Shown piece after piece: positions 27,236 through 39,616 of a stretch of DNA of 64,000 bases. The DNA comes from Mytilus edulis. Its lineage: Eukaryota. The number at the start of each line of letters is the position of its first letter. Position 1 is the first letter of the stretch. Position numbers and translations under genes: made by a program. The stretch lies in the NCBI RefSeq assembly GCF_963676685.1, contig NC_092350.1:35216001-35280000 (forward strand), given 5' to 3'. Below the pieces are notes generated by a model. The model was not told the DNA's origin. It searched no databases and saw only the letters and a program-made list of their open reading frames with translations.

Positions 27236-27384
27236 TACTAATAGTAATGATGCAGCAATTAAACAATACTACATAGCATATCATTTTGCACATTTCGAAC
27301 AATGAAATGTGCAGTTATAAATATCAATATATATAGGTTAATTTGTAAGAATAGACTACTGACATAAGTATATTGTATGTTATA

Positions 27385-28761
27385 CAGTACAATTTTCGCG
27401 AAAGCCATCCCAAACTCCATACACCGAGTTTTTTCCTGGTGTGACACCAGGAAACTCCGACATCACTCCCTAAATTCTCGGAGAAATTTGGGAGTATTCC
27501 CTCCGACTTCCGCGTAAATCTGTTACCTTTTGTTTATTGTATTAGCGACATCTCTCCCAGTCTGGAGTGACGCGGTGTCACACCAGGTAATTAATTGCCC
27601 TAATCCTTCTGATCTATGCCGGCACGCGACAGTCAAGGTATGCCAGATTTCTAATGTAATTAAACAATTGTATTTCCTGTCTATTGATTATCAGTTTATA
27701 TCTGATTGCTTGAAACAAATGAAAGATTAAAATAAAAATAAAAACGTTGTTAATTCTTTTAATTACTCTGTACATCTAAATCAATTTTTAAAAACAACTA
27801 TATTTGATTTTGACTTCCATTTTTTATCAGTAAATAACTATTTAATTTACTAAAAGAGATATAATTGTGTAACAATAAATGGAGACTAACGCTGAATAAA
27901 TTAGGGTAGTTTAAAGAAAAGTGACACGTCTCAAAGTTTTTTATACAAGTAAAAATGAAAATATTATTCACTATCTGTTATGCTAATAAGTAAGCCATTT
28001 CCATTTTACAATTACAAAATAAAAGTTTTAAAAAGGAAAAGGTTGTTGTTATTAAATGCTTTCAATTGCATTAAAGTTTTATAAAAAAAAAATCTATACT
28101 TGATTATGACCTCGGGTTTTTTTTTATCGGTAATTTATATAACTTACGAAAAGAGACATACTTGCGTGAAAATAAACGGAAATTAACGCTGAAGGTATAA
28201 AATGTGAGAAAGAAAGAAAATTACGTGTCTTAAAACTTGTATATGCAAGAAAAAAAGAAAATACTTTTCACCATTCTTTATGCTTAATAAGTCTACAGCA
28301 TTTTCTCTTCACGATTTGTTAGCTTTACTTTAGGATAAATAATACATTTCGGCTACAACAGGAATACTTCTATAGCTGCATCAACTCGTCGTTGCATAAT
28401 ATTTATTTACGCACAATGAATGTAAACTTTTGTGTTGTATTTAGAACAGTGATCTTTAAATATTTTTAAAGCAATTAATTGCCGTGGGAAGACGATACGC
28501 ATCTCAGTGATCAACAGTGCGTAGTTGAACTTGAACTTGAACTTATTACAAAGGTAATAAATCTGGCTAATCCGATGATGTTGTCACGCGTCATTAATTT
28601 TCAGTACATCCGATGGGCAATAAACCAATAAACAGCCACGCGGTGTTGGGAGAGAATCTTTGGAGGAAATTGGGAGTATAATCCCTGATTCGCCGTGTCA
28701 CACCGCTACACTCGGAAATCCGTGATTAGAGTTTGCGATTACATACTCTCTGGGCGTACTG
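27385..28761. mobile_element. TA-flanked non-autonomous DNA element (Tc1/mariner-like ends)
   Basis: TA-CAGTAC...GTACTG-TA. Inverted subterminal blocks (CAAACTC, GGTGTGACAC, ACTCCC). Internal degenerate ~300-bp duplication (~27790 versus ~28090). Confidence 0.6.
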
Positions 28762-28949
28762 TAGCTTTATAAGTACATTTTTCCTTAATTCAAATGATTG
28801 ATTAATAAAAGATGATATTAATCAAAGTGTTTTTCTACACTTGTTATTAAGTAATAGTTTGATATATTCATCCTCAGTTTTAGATTGTTTGTCATAATTT
28901 TTAAATTTGGACAATTTTGATATAAGAACATTTCTTTGTGATTCATATA

Positions 28950-29112
28950 ATCACAGGAGGTTGAAATCCTATCAATGAGGGTCTATAAATATGTCAACTC
29001 GACTATCACAGTAGAGCTTCTCTTCGCTTCTCTCTACGAGAGAAGCTCTACTGTGATAGTCGAGTTGACATAATTATAGACCCTCATTGATAGGATTTCA
29101 ACCTCCTGTGAT
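28950..29112. repeat. Near-perfect 163-bp palindrome (~73-bp arms)
   Basis: ATCACAGGAGGTTGAAATCC...AGAGCTTCTCT is mirrored with one mismatch. Flanks are TA-rich with no clear TSD. Confidence 0.92.
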
Positions 29113-29784
29113 ATAATATTGCACAAAAATTTTGTGCAATGCAAGATAAAATGTTTTTCGTCTTCTATATGTATTGCATATGTAATTTTGTCCCTTAGAT
29201 TATTACACATAAACAAATGTGAAACTTGTACTGATGCTACAGAAGGGAAATGGTATAGAGAATTAATATTTTAGAACCTAGAAAATGTTTCGCTCGAACT
29301 GTCGAATAACAAAATCAAAAATTTCAAATGTGATTCATTTTGCAAAAAAAAACGTATAAAGAAGAACTTTGCAGATACAAATATATTCTACTGTACATAG
29401 TGGCTTCAATTTTGTAGGATTAGATTACAGTTTCAATACCTTTATAAAACCTATGTGTTCATTATGAAAAATTATAGATAACTTTTTTTCAATGTATTTT
29501 CAACTGGACCTTCTTTCTGAGATTTATGGCAAAGGAGAAGGAAAACAACAAACAGGTAACCAGTAAAAAGAAAATCACCAATCACCAAAAAAAAAGACGA
29601 AACGGTTATAGTTTTTTACCGTCTATAAACACAGCTGTCATTCTCTTTTATAGATGCTTTCTATTTTTATAACAATTCGTTTACCTTACAGTTGATGCCA
29701 AGACATTGAAAATTTAACATTTTTTTAATAAAAAGATCATACTTTTTGGTATTCAGATTCATTTTGCCAATATTTGTGTTGACC

Positions 29785-32700
29785 ATGGCCTCAGCTGCAT
29801 CAGATTTTGTGAGAGAAGTATGGGAACGCTATCAGAAGATAGTGAGGGAAAATCCCGAAACTGTCAGTCAACTAGAATCCACATTCAAAGTTGTGTCATA
29901 TGTTATAGCAGGTAAAATATCTTGTTAATGAAGAATGTTTACAAGAAATCTTAAAAAGGGGTGGATAACTCAGATTTTAATCCTACTTTCAGTTTCATAT
30001 GATCAACAAAATCCTCTTTGATAGGCAACATCATGCATACATAATTTATTTAATGGTTTATTCTTCTCATATATATCATCTTAAAAATAGGGATGAAACA
30101 ATACTCTTATTGAATGATTCTGCTTTTTTTTTAAACAAGCCAAAGGTCATGGTTCAGATTTTATCATTGTTACATTTCTTGGTTTCCAACTTTAAAGTCA
30201 TCTGAAACGAGTGATTTAATCAGATTGGTGAAAATTAATATTTATCCAATTCTTGAACCCATGCATGTATATATCATCAACTTAGTCATGTTAGTCTTCT
30301 GTGCTAGTCCAAATAATTATGACGTCTTGAAAGGCTATTATAATTTTTTTCTTTGACGCCTTCCTTCGGCGTCAGAGAAAAAAATTAGAATAGCCTTTCA
30401 AGACGTCATAATTATTTGGACTACTTCTGTGCATGATTTTATCATTTATACAAATGACATTATGTATCGTATAATTGTCATTTTTTTTCTCTCTGTTTGT
30501 TATGATGTGAAAATATAGCTGCTCATTACTTGTCGTTTTTGAAGCCAAAGTTTACCGATTGTCACCTTATAGTAAACAATCAACAAAGAAGCATGGATAA
30601 TGGAAACATGTTTAACATGTACAATAAGATAATAGTTTATTTCAGTGACAGATCCATGCGTATTGCCATCACCTGATTTTTATGAGGGGTCACTCTAAGG
30701 TCACTTTGCATATGGAAAATAGACCTACAATCATATTTTAACCCCCACAAACAAAAAATATCTTATAAGTCACATTCATCATGTTCGTAGGATGATCCTG
30801 GAACCATTGAAACTGTTTTTGAACTAAGATCAATTATTTTACATGCATTAATTGTGAGGGCTTTAAAAAGAAACAGTAGAAAGATAATTTTACCAACATA
30901 AAAAATACTGGAACAACAACCACTGGCGGATCTAGAAATTTCATAAGTGGGGGCACACTGACTGCCTAAGAGGGGGCTTGCTATTGTCATGCTTCAGTGA
31001 TTCACTATATAAGCAACCAATTTTTTTCCAAAAAAGGGGGGAGGGCCCCTCTCTTAATCGGCTGAATTGAAGTGTAAGTTGGTGTGGTCCAAATCTGATA
31101 GTTGCTACTGGGCAACCTTTCTTTTTGGGGGACTTTTACATAATAAATGCATGTATGTATGGAATCAGATATGTGTATGTATGAACATTTGATGAATGAA
31201 AAGAGACAGACACTTAAAATGCCAAATAGAACAATAAAAAGTCACCTAAATGTGATTAGGTTAAAAATAGTCATTTATGATCTCTTTCATGTCTTTTATA
31301 CATTTTTAACCAATTAAGTCTTTTTGTCTTTCAGGTAGATTTGAAGATTCCCAGGTTTTGTCAGAGCTTGTCTACTTGGCATCCAATTTACTGATTTTAC
31401 TAAATGATACCATCTTCAGACAGACAGCCAAAGTTTTAAAAAACATAGTAAGTCTGTCAAATTTATATTCAACATGTACATTTGTATTTATATTAATGTT
31501 TAAAGTTGAAGCTAATAGTAATACTGAATTTGAACAAGCAATTAAAATCTGTGATGTCAAAGTAATACATTTTATCTTCAATAACCAATGAAAGTATCAC
31601 AAACCAGAGCAAAACATGCTGTCCACTCTGGGCTTCCAACTAAACAATTAATCGAATATAATTTTTTATACTGGTATTTATCATTTAGTCAAATTGTAAC
31701 TAACTACTTCATCAAGATTTTAGAAGTAAGTTGTGGTTGGTCGTCATAGTTGAATACTGAGAAGTAGCGAATAACATCCTAGTCTTATAGGCCAAATAAA
31801 AAAAGATGTGGTTTTCTTATTACCCTACCCTCCATATTTTTAAGCTAAAGAAATAGCTTACCCTTAAGTTGTTGTTTTTTTCCATTTTTTTAATACGCAC
31901 TGTTCAGAATGCCTCTCCTTTAGACTCAATGTAAAAACAAATGGTAAAATAAAAAAAAAAATCCCTACCTACATGACCTATAGCTATCTTCCCTATTTTT
32001 ATTAAAGATGCAATATGAAACACACATACCATTTTTTTTGGCCAGATTGAGAAAAAAAAATAATTTTGGACAGATATTGGATGTATAAATCTGAGTCAAA
32101 CAGTGTCATATGTTTACAACTTTCAAGTTTATGCAAAGTAAATGACTGACTTTTGTAAATGCTAAACTATTAAATCAATGTTTTACATGTACAAGTATGC
32201 TCTTTCTTATTTCAGTCTGTTCCAGTAGAAAGATGGAAAAGATTTTTAACAGTTTTACAGTATGCAGAAGTTTTTCTAGAGATGGCAGCACAGAGAGCAT
32301 GGGGAGAAACAGGAAGATGGTTCATTATATTAGTTGTACAGCTCACAAAGTAAACAGGCAATCTCTCTACTCATTTTTCGGCTTTATGTAGATATATATA
32401 TAGAATGACCAAATTTCCATAGAAAAAAGTAGTATGGCCTGGTATGTTAAAACTTTGATATGAAAAGTGACATAATTGGTATATATTGTAATTGCCCCTT
32501 ACCATGCAATAATAGTAAACTTATTCAAGCCTTTCAGAATAATATTAATTTTATTGATGTCACTTTGAGCTAGGTAAAGCTCTTGAATATTAATTTGACT
32601 ACTAGTATTTGACAGTTAGATTTTTTGCATTAAATGTAAAAATTTTAAAGCCCCATTGTTATATTTTACAACAAAATTGAACAATGTTATTAAAATACTG

Positions 32701-35700
32701 ATGTCATTTCCCTATATATTATTTGGAAGATTTAAAAAAACAGTTGATTTTCAGGGCTCACGCTACCAGGCGACTTGGGCGAAGAAGTCGCCCTCCCGAC
32801 CTTCACTTCGCTTTCCCCGACCCCCAAAAGCGAAAACAAGTCGCCTTGTTCTTGACGAAAGTCGCTTTCAGTCGCTTCCATCATCAGACATTTTCAATTT
32901 TTACCAAGTTGATGAAACATTAATTTTTAACTGATAATTAAAGAAATTCAGACATAAACTATTCATTATCTTTAGAAAAGAGGTTGAAGCATTGTCTTCG
33001 CAGTGTGTATCAGGTTATTTGATAAAAATACAACTTTTTATCACTTCGTGCATTTTCGCAAGTTCCGGTGCTTGTTACTCGAAAACGTACATCAACCTAA
33101 ATTTTGGCGGCAAAATAAGTTTGTTACTTCATTTAAAGGTGATAAAAGTTGCCTCCAGTAAATGTTTAATCCATTTATTGCATTAAAACCGTCATGTTCC
33201 TTTCCAAATAACTTGTCAAACATCGTTTATTTTTGTAAATTTTCTTGCATTCTTCCGCCATTGACCGATTTCTAAACTACGGATCTGAACCGGACCAGCT
33301 ATGACCGAAATCCGTACTTTTACAATAATTACTACAGACGCACGGATGGAACAGCTGACAGAAGAATATTGATCCCAAAGGGAAAAATTACGCATCCCAC
33401 ACGCATTAAGAGACTTTTGGTTACATCTAATTGATTGGTGTATATAATTCCCTATATTTTTTATGAATGTTTCAAACTATTGATTAAAGTTGCTTAACTC
33501 TGAGACTATTATACTAATATCAATATATTATGGCCCAGCTTAATAACTTTTATATTTTTTTTATGAGAAACACTGAATTTCATACACAAGATAATTTTTA
33601 ATTAAATTGTAATTGATATAATTTCTTTACATTTTTTAAAATAAAATTATTTTTTTTAGTGCTAGATATTTAGTTGGTAGTTTCTCACAAGAACCTTAGT
33701 AAAACTTAAACAACTTTTAATTTCAAATGTTACTTTAATTGTAATTTTTTACTCATATGAATTGAACAACATAAAAAGAACATTATTTACATATGGCCCT
33801 TTGTACTATTGTAAAATCCAAACATTGTAGCCCACCCGCGCGAATGAGCACTTCTCTTTCAAATCTCACCACTTCTCCCTATCAGTTTCAAAAAGAGAAG
33901 TCACTTCTCCCTATAATTCTGAAGTAGTGTGAGCCCTGATTTTCAAATTCTTATATATTCTTTCATTTTATTTTAGGACAGTTATAAGGATGATGCTGCT
34001 TTGGAAACATAAAGGAGGGTTTCAGACAAATCCTCCTCAGCCTCCACTTGATAGGGACCAACTTTTACCCAAGTTAAAGAGAAGTGTTTCAAAGGTAAAC
34101 AGTAGTAACGTTAACTGATGCTTGAATTATGTTAATACAAGAACAGATGCACTACATTCCAAATTCAGCATGAATACAACCATATTGTGATGTTTTTACT
34201 CATGAAGTCCACATCAACAATAGATATCCTGATAAGATTTTACCATCACATTCTTTTGTTTTCTTAGCAGCAATTTAAAAAGAGACCAAAAGAGTTTGTT
34301 TTATTTTGTTTTGTTTTTTTGTTGGTTTTTTTGTTGGTTTTTTTTTTTTTGGGGGGGGGGGGGGGGTATTTTAAATATAAGAAGATTAAATTTTGATCAT
34401 TTGAAGATTTCCCTGAGATTTTCAAGTTTTTAACCGGATTTTTGTGACAAAAATGTCGGTTATTGATTTGGGGATGTACGGCGGGCGGCCGGGTGGTCAA
34501 GCAGTCAGGCTGCCGGGCGGGCGGCAATCAAATGTTGTCCGTGCATTAACTCATGAACCGTTCAGCCAAAGCTTTTAAAATTTTAATATGTTGTTACTGA
34601 CAACTAAATGAAGGTCAAGTTCAATAATGGCGATTTTGACCTTACCGTTCAGGAGTTATGGTTCTTGAAAGATTGAAAAATGGAGTTTTCAGTCGTGTCC
34701 GTGCATTTACGCATGAACTGTTCTACCAAAGCTTCCCAAATTTTAATATGTTGTAACTGATGACAAAATAGAGGTCAAGTTAAATAATGACGATTTTGAC
34801 TTTCACCGTTCAGGAGTTATGGTTCTTGAAAGATTGAAAAATGGTGTTTCCAGTCGTGTCCGTGCATTTTCTCATGAACCATTCAACCAAAGCTTTTGAA
34901 ATTTTTATATGTTGTTACTGATGACAAAATAGAGGTCAAGTTCAATAATGACGATTTTGACTTTTACCGTTCAGGCGTTACGGTTCTTGAAAGATTGTAA
35001 AATGGTGTTTCCATTCACGTTGTTGCGTTTACTCATGAACCATTCAATCTAAGCTTTTCAAATTTTAATATGTTGATACTGATGACAAAATGGATGTCAA
35101 ATTTGATATTGACGATTTTCACTTTCACCATTCATCAGTAATGGTTCTTGTGATATTGCCAGGACACAAATAAATATTAATAAATCCGGTTTGCTGTTGT
35201 TGTGACAGCCTCTTGTTTGTTTTGTCTTGAAAAAAAGCATCTGGTATTGTCGAAATAAACATGATAAAAAGAAATTAACTATAATTTATATTATTTCCCT
35301 AAGATGCAATCTCCAAGATCATTATCACTTACATTCAATCTTATCTATAAAACTTTGTTAGAATGCCTATTGGTAGCAATGGGGTTTATAATACATTTAT
35401 AGCCATGTATTGCTATTTGTAAGAGAAAAAACAGGTATCTTGGAATATTCACCATTTCAAAATCCAATCCTGAAAATTTCCCTTGAAAAATTGCCTGAGA
35501 TGGTTGAACCAGGGGTGATGTATCATTCCTCGATTAGTATAAACATTGTATTACATGTATTATACATTTTTTATATTTTTGTAGGAACTACTTGATTTGG
35601 AAGAAAATTTAGATGGTGAAAATGAAAGTCCTACTTTTACATTGAAAAGTTCAGGCAAAGTAATGAGACGTCTTTCAACATGTAAGTTGAAGATTGTGCT

Positions 35701-38700
35701 ATTGATAGATTGATTGATTTTTGTTTGACGCCCCTTTCAGCAGCTATTTTGTGGCAGTCAGTTTTTATTAATGGAGGAAGCTGGAGTGCTTTGAGAAAAC
35801 CACCAATCTTTGGTTTGAAAACTGACAATCCTATTTAATTAAGATAGAGAGTCAAGGGCACCTGCAACTTACTAAGTGACACAGATAATTGTATAGTGAT
35901 AAATTGGCTTTGAGCAAATAAAACCATATGCAACAAATAACTAAATACTAAATATATCAGTGTTTTCTACATCTTATTTCTGATCTCATTTTTGCATCAG
36001 CTTATTCATCATGAACATACCTTACATTATATAAATAAGAGAAATTGTGATAGGCAGAAATTACATAAGCCATCCACCAAAACCTGTAGACATTTTTATG
36101 ACTTCATTTGCTCTCCAAAGAAGGACAATTAATAAAATGGTATAATGTAAAAATCCAAGATAGTTGTTAATACTTAAATGATGTTACTCTGTCTATAAAT
36201 GTACATGAATTTTATTTATAATCTCACTATACCTAATTATCTTCTTTTTTTTTGTCAGCACCTCCAATCAACTTCAGAACATGGAAGTTACCTTCAGAAG
36301 AAAAATCCAGTTATTCCAAAAGCAAAAAATTACCATACGGAATTTCACCGACGTCATTGTCGAAGCAGAGACTATATGCAGAAACTTTTTATATAATCAA
36401 ACCATTGTTACACTGTATCCTTTTCACTACATCATTGCCTTCAAAATGTTATATAATAGTAAAAAACGATTTACATTGTACAAAGTGAATCCTTGCAGTT
36501 CAAGTTACCACTGCTAATGCTATTCAGCCTGTAGTATAAACCTCCAAGCTTTGAAGGAGATCCCCTAACAAGTTGATATATCTTGTCAAAGATTGAATAC
36601 TCTCTGAAATACTTTTCTTTCTCTGATATGACGGGTGGTAGGAGGGGTCCTGATCCCGAAATCCCAGGCTTAAAAACACGAAATCCTGAGGTCCCGAATT
36701 TAAATAAATTTAAATCCTGACATCCCGAAATTCGAAAAAAGAATTCCTGGATCACAAAAGGGTCTATCCCGAAATCCCAAGCTTAAAAACACACGATCCC
36801 GGAGTGCCGATAAAGGTCATATCCCCCCTCTGATATGGTCTACCATAAGATTTATTTTTATTTTTGCAAATGTTAAGTTTAACTTACATTTTTTGGCAGT
36901 AGACATTTGTCTGTACTGTAAATGATGCTGTAGATAAAAAAAAACAAAAAAACATGTGATAATCCTTTAATTATAAAGCATGTTCTTACCTTCAAAAATG
37001 TATTGTTTGATGCTAATATGCAGCTTAAATTCGCATTATTTTTGTGAGAAAAATGTGTCTTTCAGTTTTAACAATTTTGTTTAGTTTTTGGGAACACCTC
37101 TACCTGTACTTACTTCAGCCATGATTATTGGTACATACTGTTGACATTAAGATCGCAAAGTTGATGCATTTTACATGATTAGAAATTATGAACACTTGTT
37201 TTAAGTTACAGGAAAATATTGTTGTTCATTGTAGTTTTTCCTTAAATATCTGTAGTATGTAGCATGCGTCTATTTGGAATAGAGTCTTGGAAGCCTTACT
37301 TGTTATCTGGATTTGCTGATGTTTCAAGGTACATTTTGTATTAATGATTGCATTATATTATACAGTGTTCTCCTCAGATGATGCTATCTGGAAAGGTTTT
37401 ATGATAGAAAATATTGTGATTATGGTTTTATTATTTTAAGGAATAATTTCTATTTCAGATGCCATGGTGCTATTTAAAAATTCTGGGGAGAACACTGTTC
37501 CCGGTATATTGATATTTTTTTTTCATCAATCACTTTCAAATCACACATATTTGTATGCATTTGAGAAAGCATAGAAGACAATCAAATGCTTACTGTTTGA
37601 GAGATAAGACAGTCTAAATCGTCTTTTTTTTAAAACATAATTTATAGTTTGATGACTTTCTTACATATTTAAAAAGATCTATATATCAAGTCAGGAGCAT
37701 TTTTTTTTCAAAATAATTGCATTTGATCTTAGTTTTCCATCTGTTTTAACCATTCACAGATTAAATAACTTTATACATTTTTTCTCATTCAATTGGGATG
37801 ATTTAATTAATAATCTAGAAGAATTTAAATCGGTCTCATGTTCTGCAAACAAAAGAAATCAAAAATATTTACTTGAAAAGGAAATGCCCTATTTTGTTTC
37901 CAGCTTGAAATCTTTTATTAAATTATCTAATATTTGAAATACCTGTAATTTTCGGTTCACCATTTTGATACATGAAGTAAACATTTCTTTTATTACAGTT
38001 TATGTATGATTGGTGACCCTCAAGACCTTAACCAAGAAGAAAAACAGGAGATAAAGAAAAGGACATACATGTTATTATTATATTTATTGAAGTCTCCTAT
38101 GTATGATAGACATACCAAGTAAGTGAAATTAGTGAAGGAATTTGAAGTTAAAATGATACAAACCAGTCAGAATGATGACAAAACAACAGCTTTTTCATAA
38201 GTGCTTTATTTGAATTACCATGATCAATAAGAACTTGTTTGCTTTGACTTAGGCAGCTGCATCAATCTGTTGAATATTCATCCATTTGGTCAGATTTATG
38301 TACTTATTTAAGCTTGGAGTCCTTTTTATGGGACTAACATTTATCATGATAATAATTTTTGTAGAAGAGAAGACCTCTCTCCAAAAAAAAATAGTTTGTT
38401 AAATTCTATTATTATATTTTAGACTTCATTATGTTTTTACTTCTATAGGGAACGGCCATTGATAATCAAGGGGGGTAAATATATATCCTGATGCCCAATT
38501 TGATGGGAAAATATATTGTGGTTGAGCAGATAACAAACAAAAAAATGATTTTATTGATAGCTTCAAAAACTACAAAAAATGTTTGTGAAATTTTTTTCTG
38601 AGTCAAAAAAAACCATACCCTCTCCCTTAAAGTTAAATAGTTGCACTCTGATAAAGTAAACGTAAGGAAATTAAATGAAAAAAACAAACTTTGTTGTACA

Positions 38701-39616
38701 AAAATGTATATGATTTGGATATGATTATTAAAAATCAAACCTGCAAATCAAAACATCTACAATATTTAATTAGAAGCTAAATTGAATAATTTTAACCCTG
38801 CCCCAAAGGGTTAACAAAAGTCAGAATATAAAAGTTATAATGTTTTATCATGTCAATGTCTATAACATTTTCTTGTTAATTTCAGAGTCAAAATATTGTC
38901 CACATTACAGTTTATATCTGACCATGTTCCATTAACTGGCTTAATTCTACGTAAGTATTATGGATTTTTGTAGAAATAAGAGCTATGATTTTATTTAAGA
39001 AATTTGAAGTTAACATCTGATGCACAGAAATAGCATTCCTCGTTTAATTAATATCTGAAAATAACAGTCACATGTGGGTACAAATATGTAAAACAAAAGC
39101 ATGTACAACTTAGGAGCGAGGTCTGCAGTAAAAGTGTAATAACAGCTGTATTTAAATGACTAAAAAAACAATTGAATGACCAGTGCATTCTGCTTTAAAA
39201 CCCTGATTTTACTATGGAATTAACAAAGTATTGTACAATTTATGTAGCATGCGATATGAAAAAGGATCATGTTGGTTAAATGTCAATTGGACAGCATCCC
39301 AACAACAGTGACCGAAATATTTTCAGCTGGGGGTCATCATACTGTCTCCAATAATGATCAAGTACAATGTCAGAAGCTCAGTTTAGGCAAGTTGTAAGTA
39401 AATCTGTTCAAGAGGACAGAAGTTAGACAAGACTAGGATGTCACCATTCAAGATGATTTACTTAGGCCATTCAGCTATGAGAAATTGTGAATATGCAGGA
39501 TTAGTGTTGAATGTTTTTGACACACTTTTACTAAATATTTTACTTTTGTTTCAGGTCCATTGGCACAGTACCTACCTGCCTGGCAGAAAGTCTATTTCTA
39601 CTTGTGGTCAACATAA
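29785..39616 (+). CDS. PEX16: Peroxisomal membrane biogenesis factor 16, 10 coding exons, ~354 aa. Exons: 29785-29911, 31335-31447, 32216-32349, 33977-34094, 35585-35681, 36259-36414, 37256-37328, 37999-38118, 38886-38950, 39555-39616
   Basis: Spliced frame of 1065 nt. Recognisable motifs [94 protein letters not shown] and C-terminal RPLAQYLPAWQKVYFYLWST. Confidence 0.95.
30305..30423. mobile_element. 119-bp fold-back MITE with 9-bp TSD
   Basis: Almost entirely self-complementary (TAGTCCAAATAATTATGACGTC...GACGTCATAATTATTTGGACTA). CTTCTGTGC occurs at 30296-30304 and 30424-30432. Confidence 0.9.
32752..33938. mobile_element. Non-autonomous TIR element with 5-bp TSD in a PEX16 intron
   Basis: TIR CAGGGCTCACGCTAC / GTAGTGTGAGCCCTG (14/15). 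TSD ATTTT on both sides. Subterminal AAGTCGC/CACTTCTC motifs. Confidence 0.85.
34427..35217 (-). mobile_element. HINE-like element with ~4 tandem copies of a ~160-bp unit
   Basis: Units start GTCCGTGCATT at ~34537, 34697, 34858, with a more diverged copy at ~35019. (GGCG)n tract and CTCTTGTT terminus. Confidence 0.7.
36415..37255 (+). other. U12-type (minor spliceosome) GT-AG intron in PEX16
   Basis: 5' splice site GTATCCTTTT. A branch-like TTTCCTTAAAT lies just upstream of the AG at 37254-37255 with no separate polypyrimidine tract. The reading frame requires this junction. Confidence 0.85.
36630..36830. mobile_element. Short MITE-like insertion with internal ATCCCGAAAT repeats, inside the U12 intron
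   Basis: G-rich and C-rich ends; CTCTGATATG is repeated at both boundaries (36621-36630, 36828-36837). Confidence 0.55.
37363..37497. mobile_element. Short MITE
   Basis: TIR CAGTGTTCTCCTCAG / CTGGGGAGAACACTG (14/15). Confidence 0.65.
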
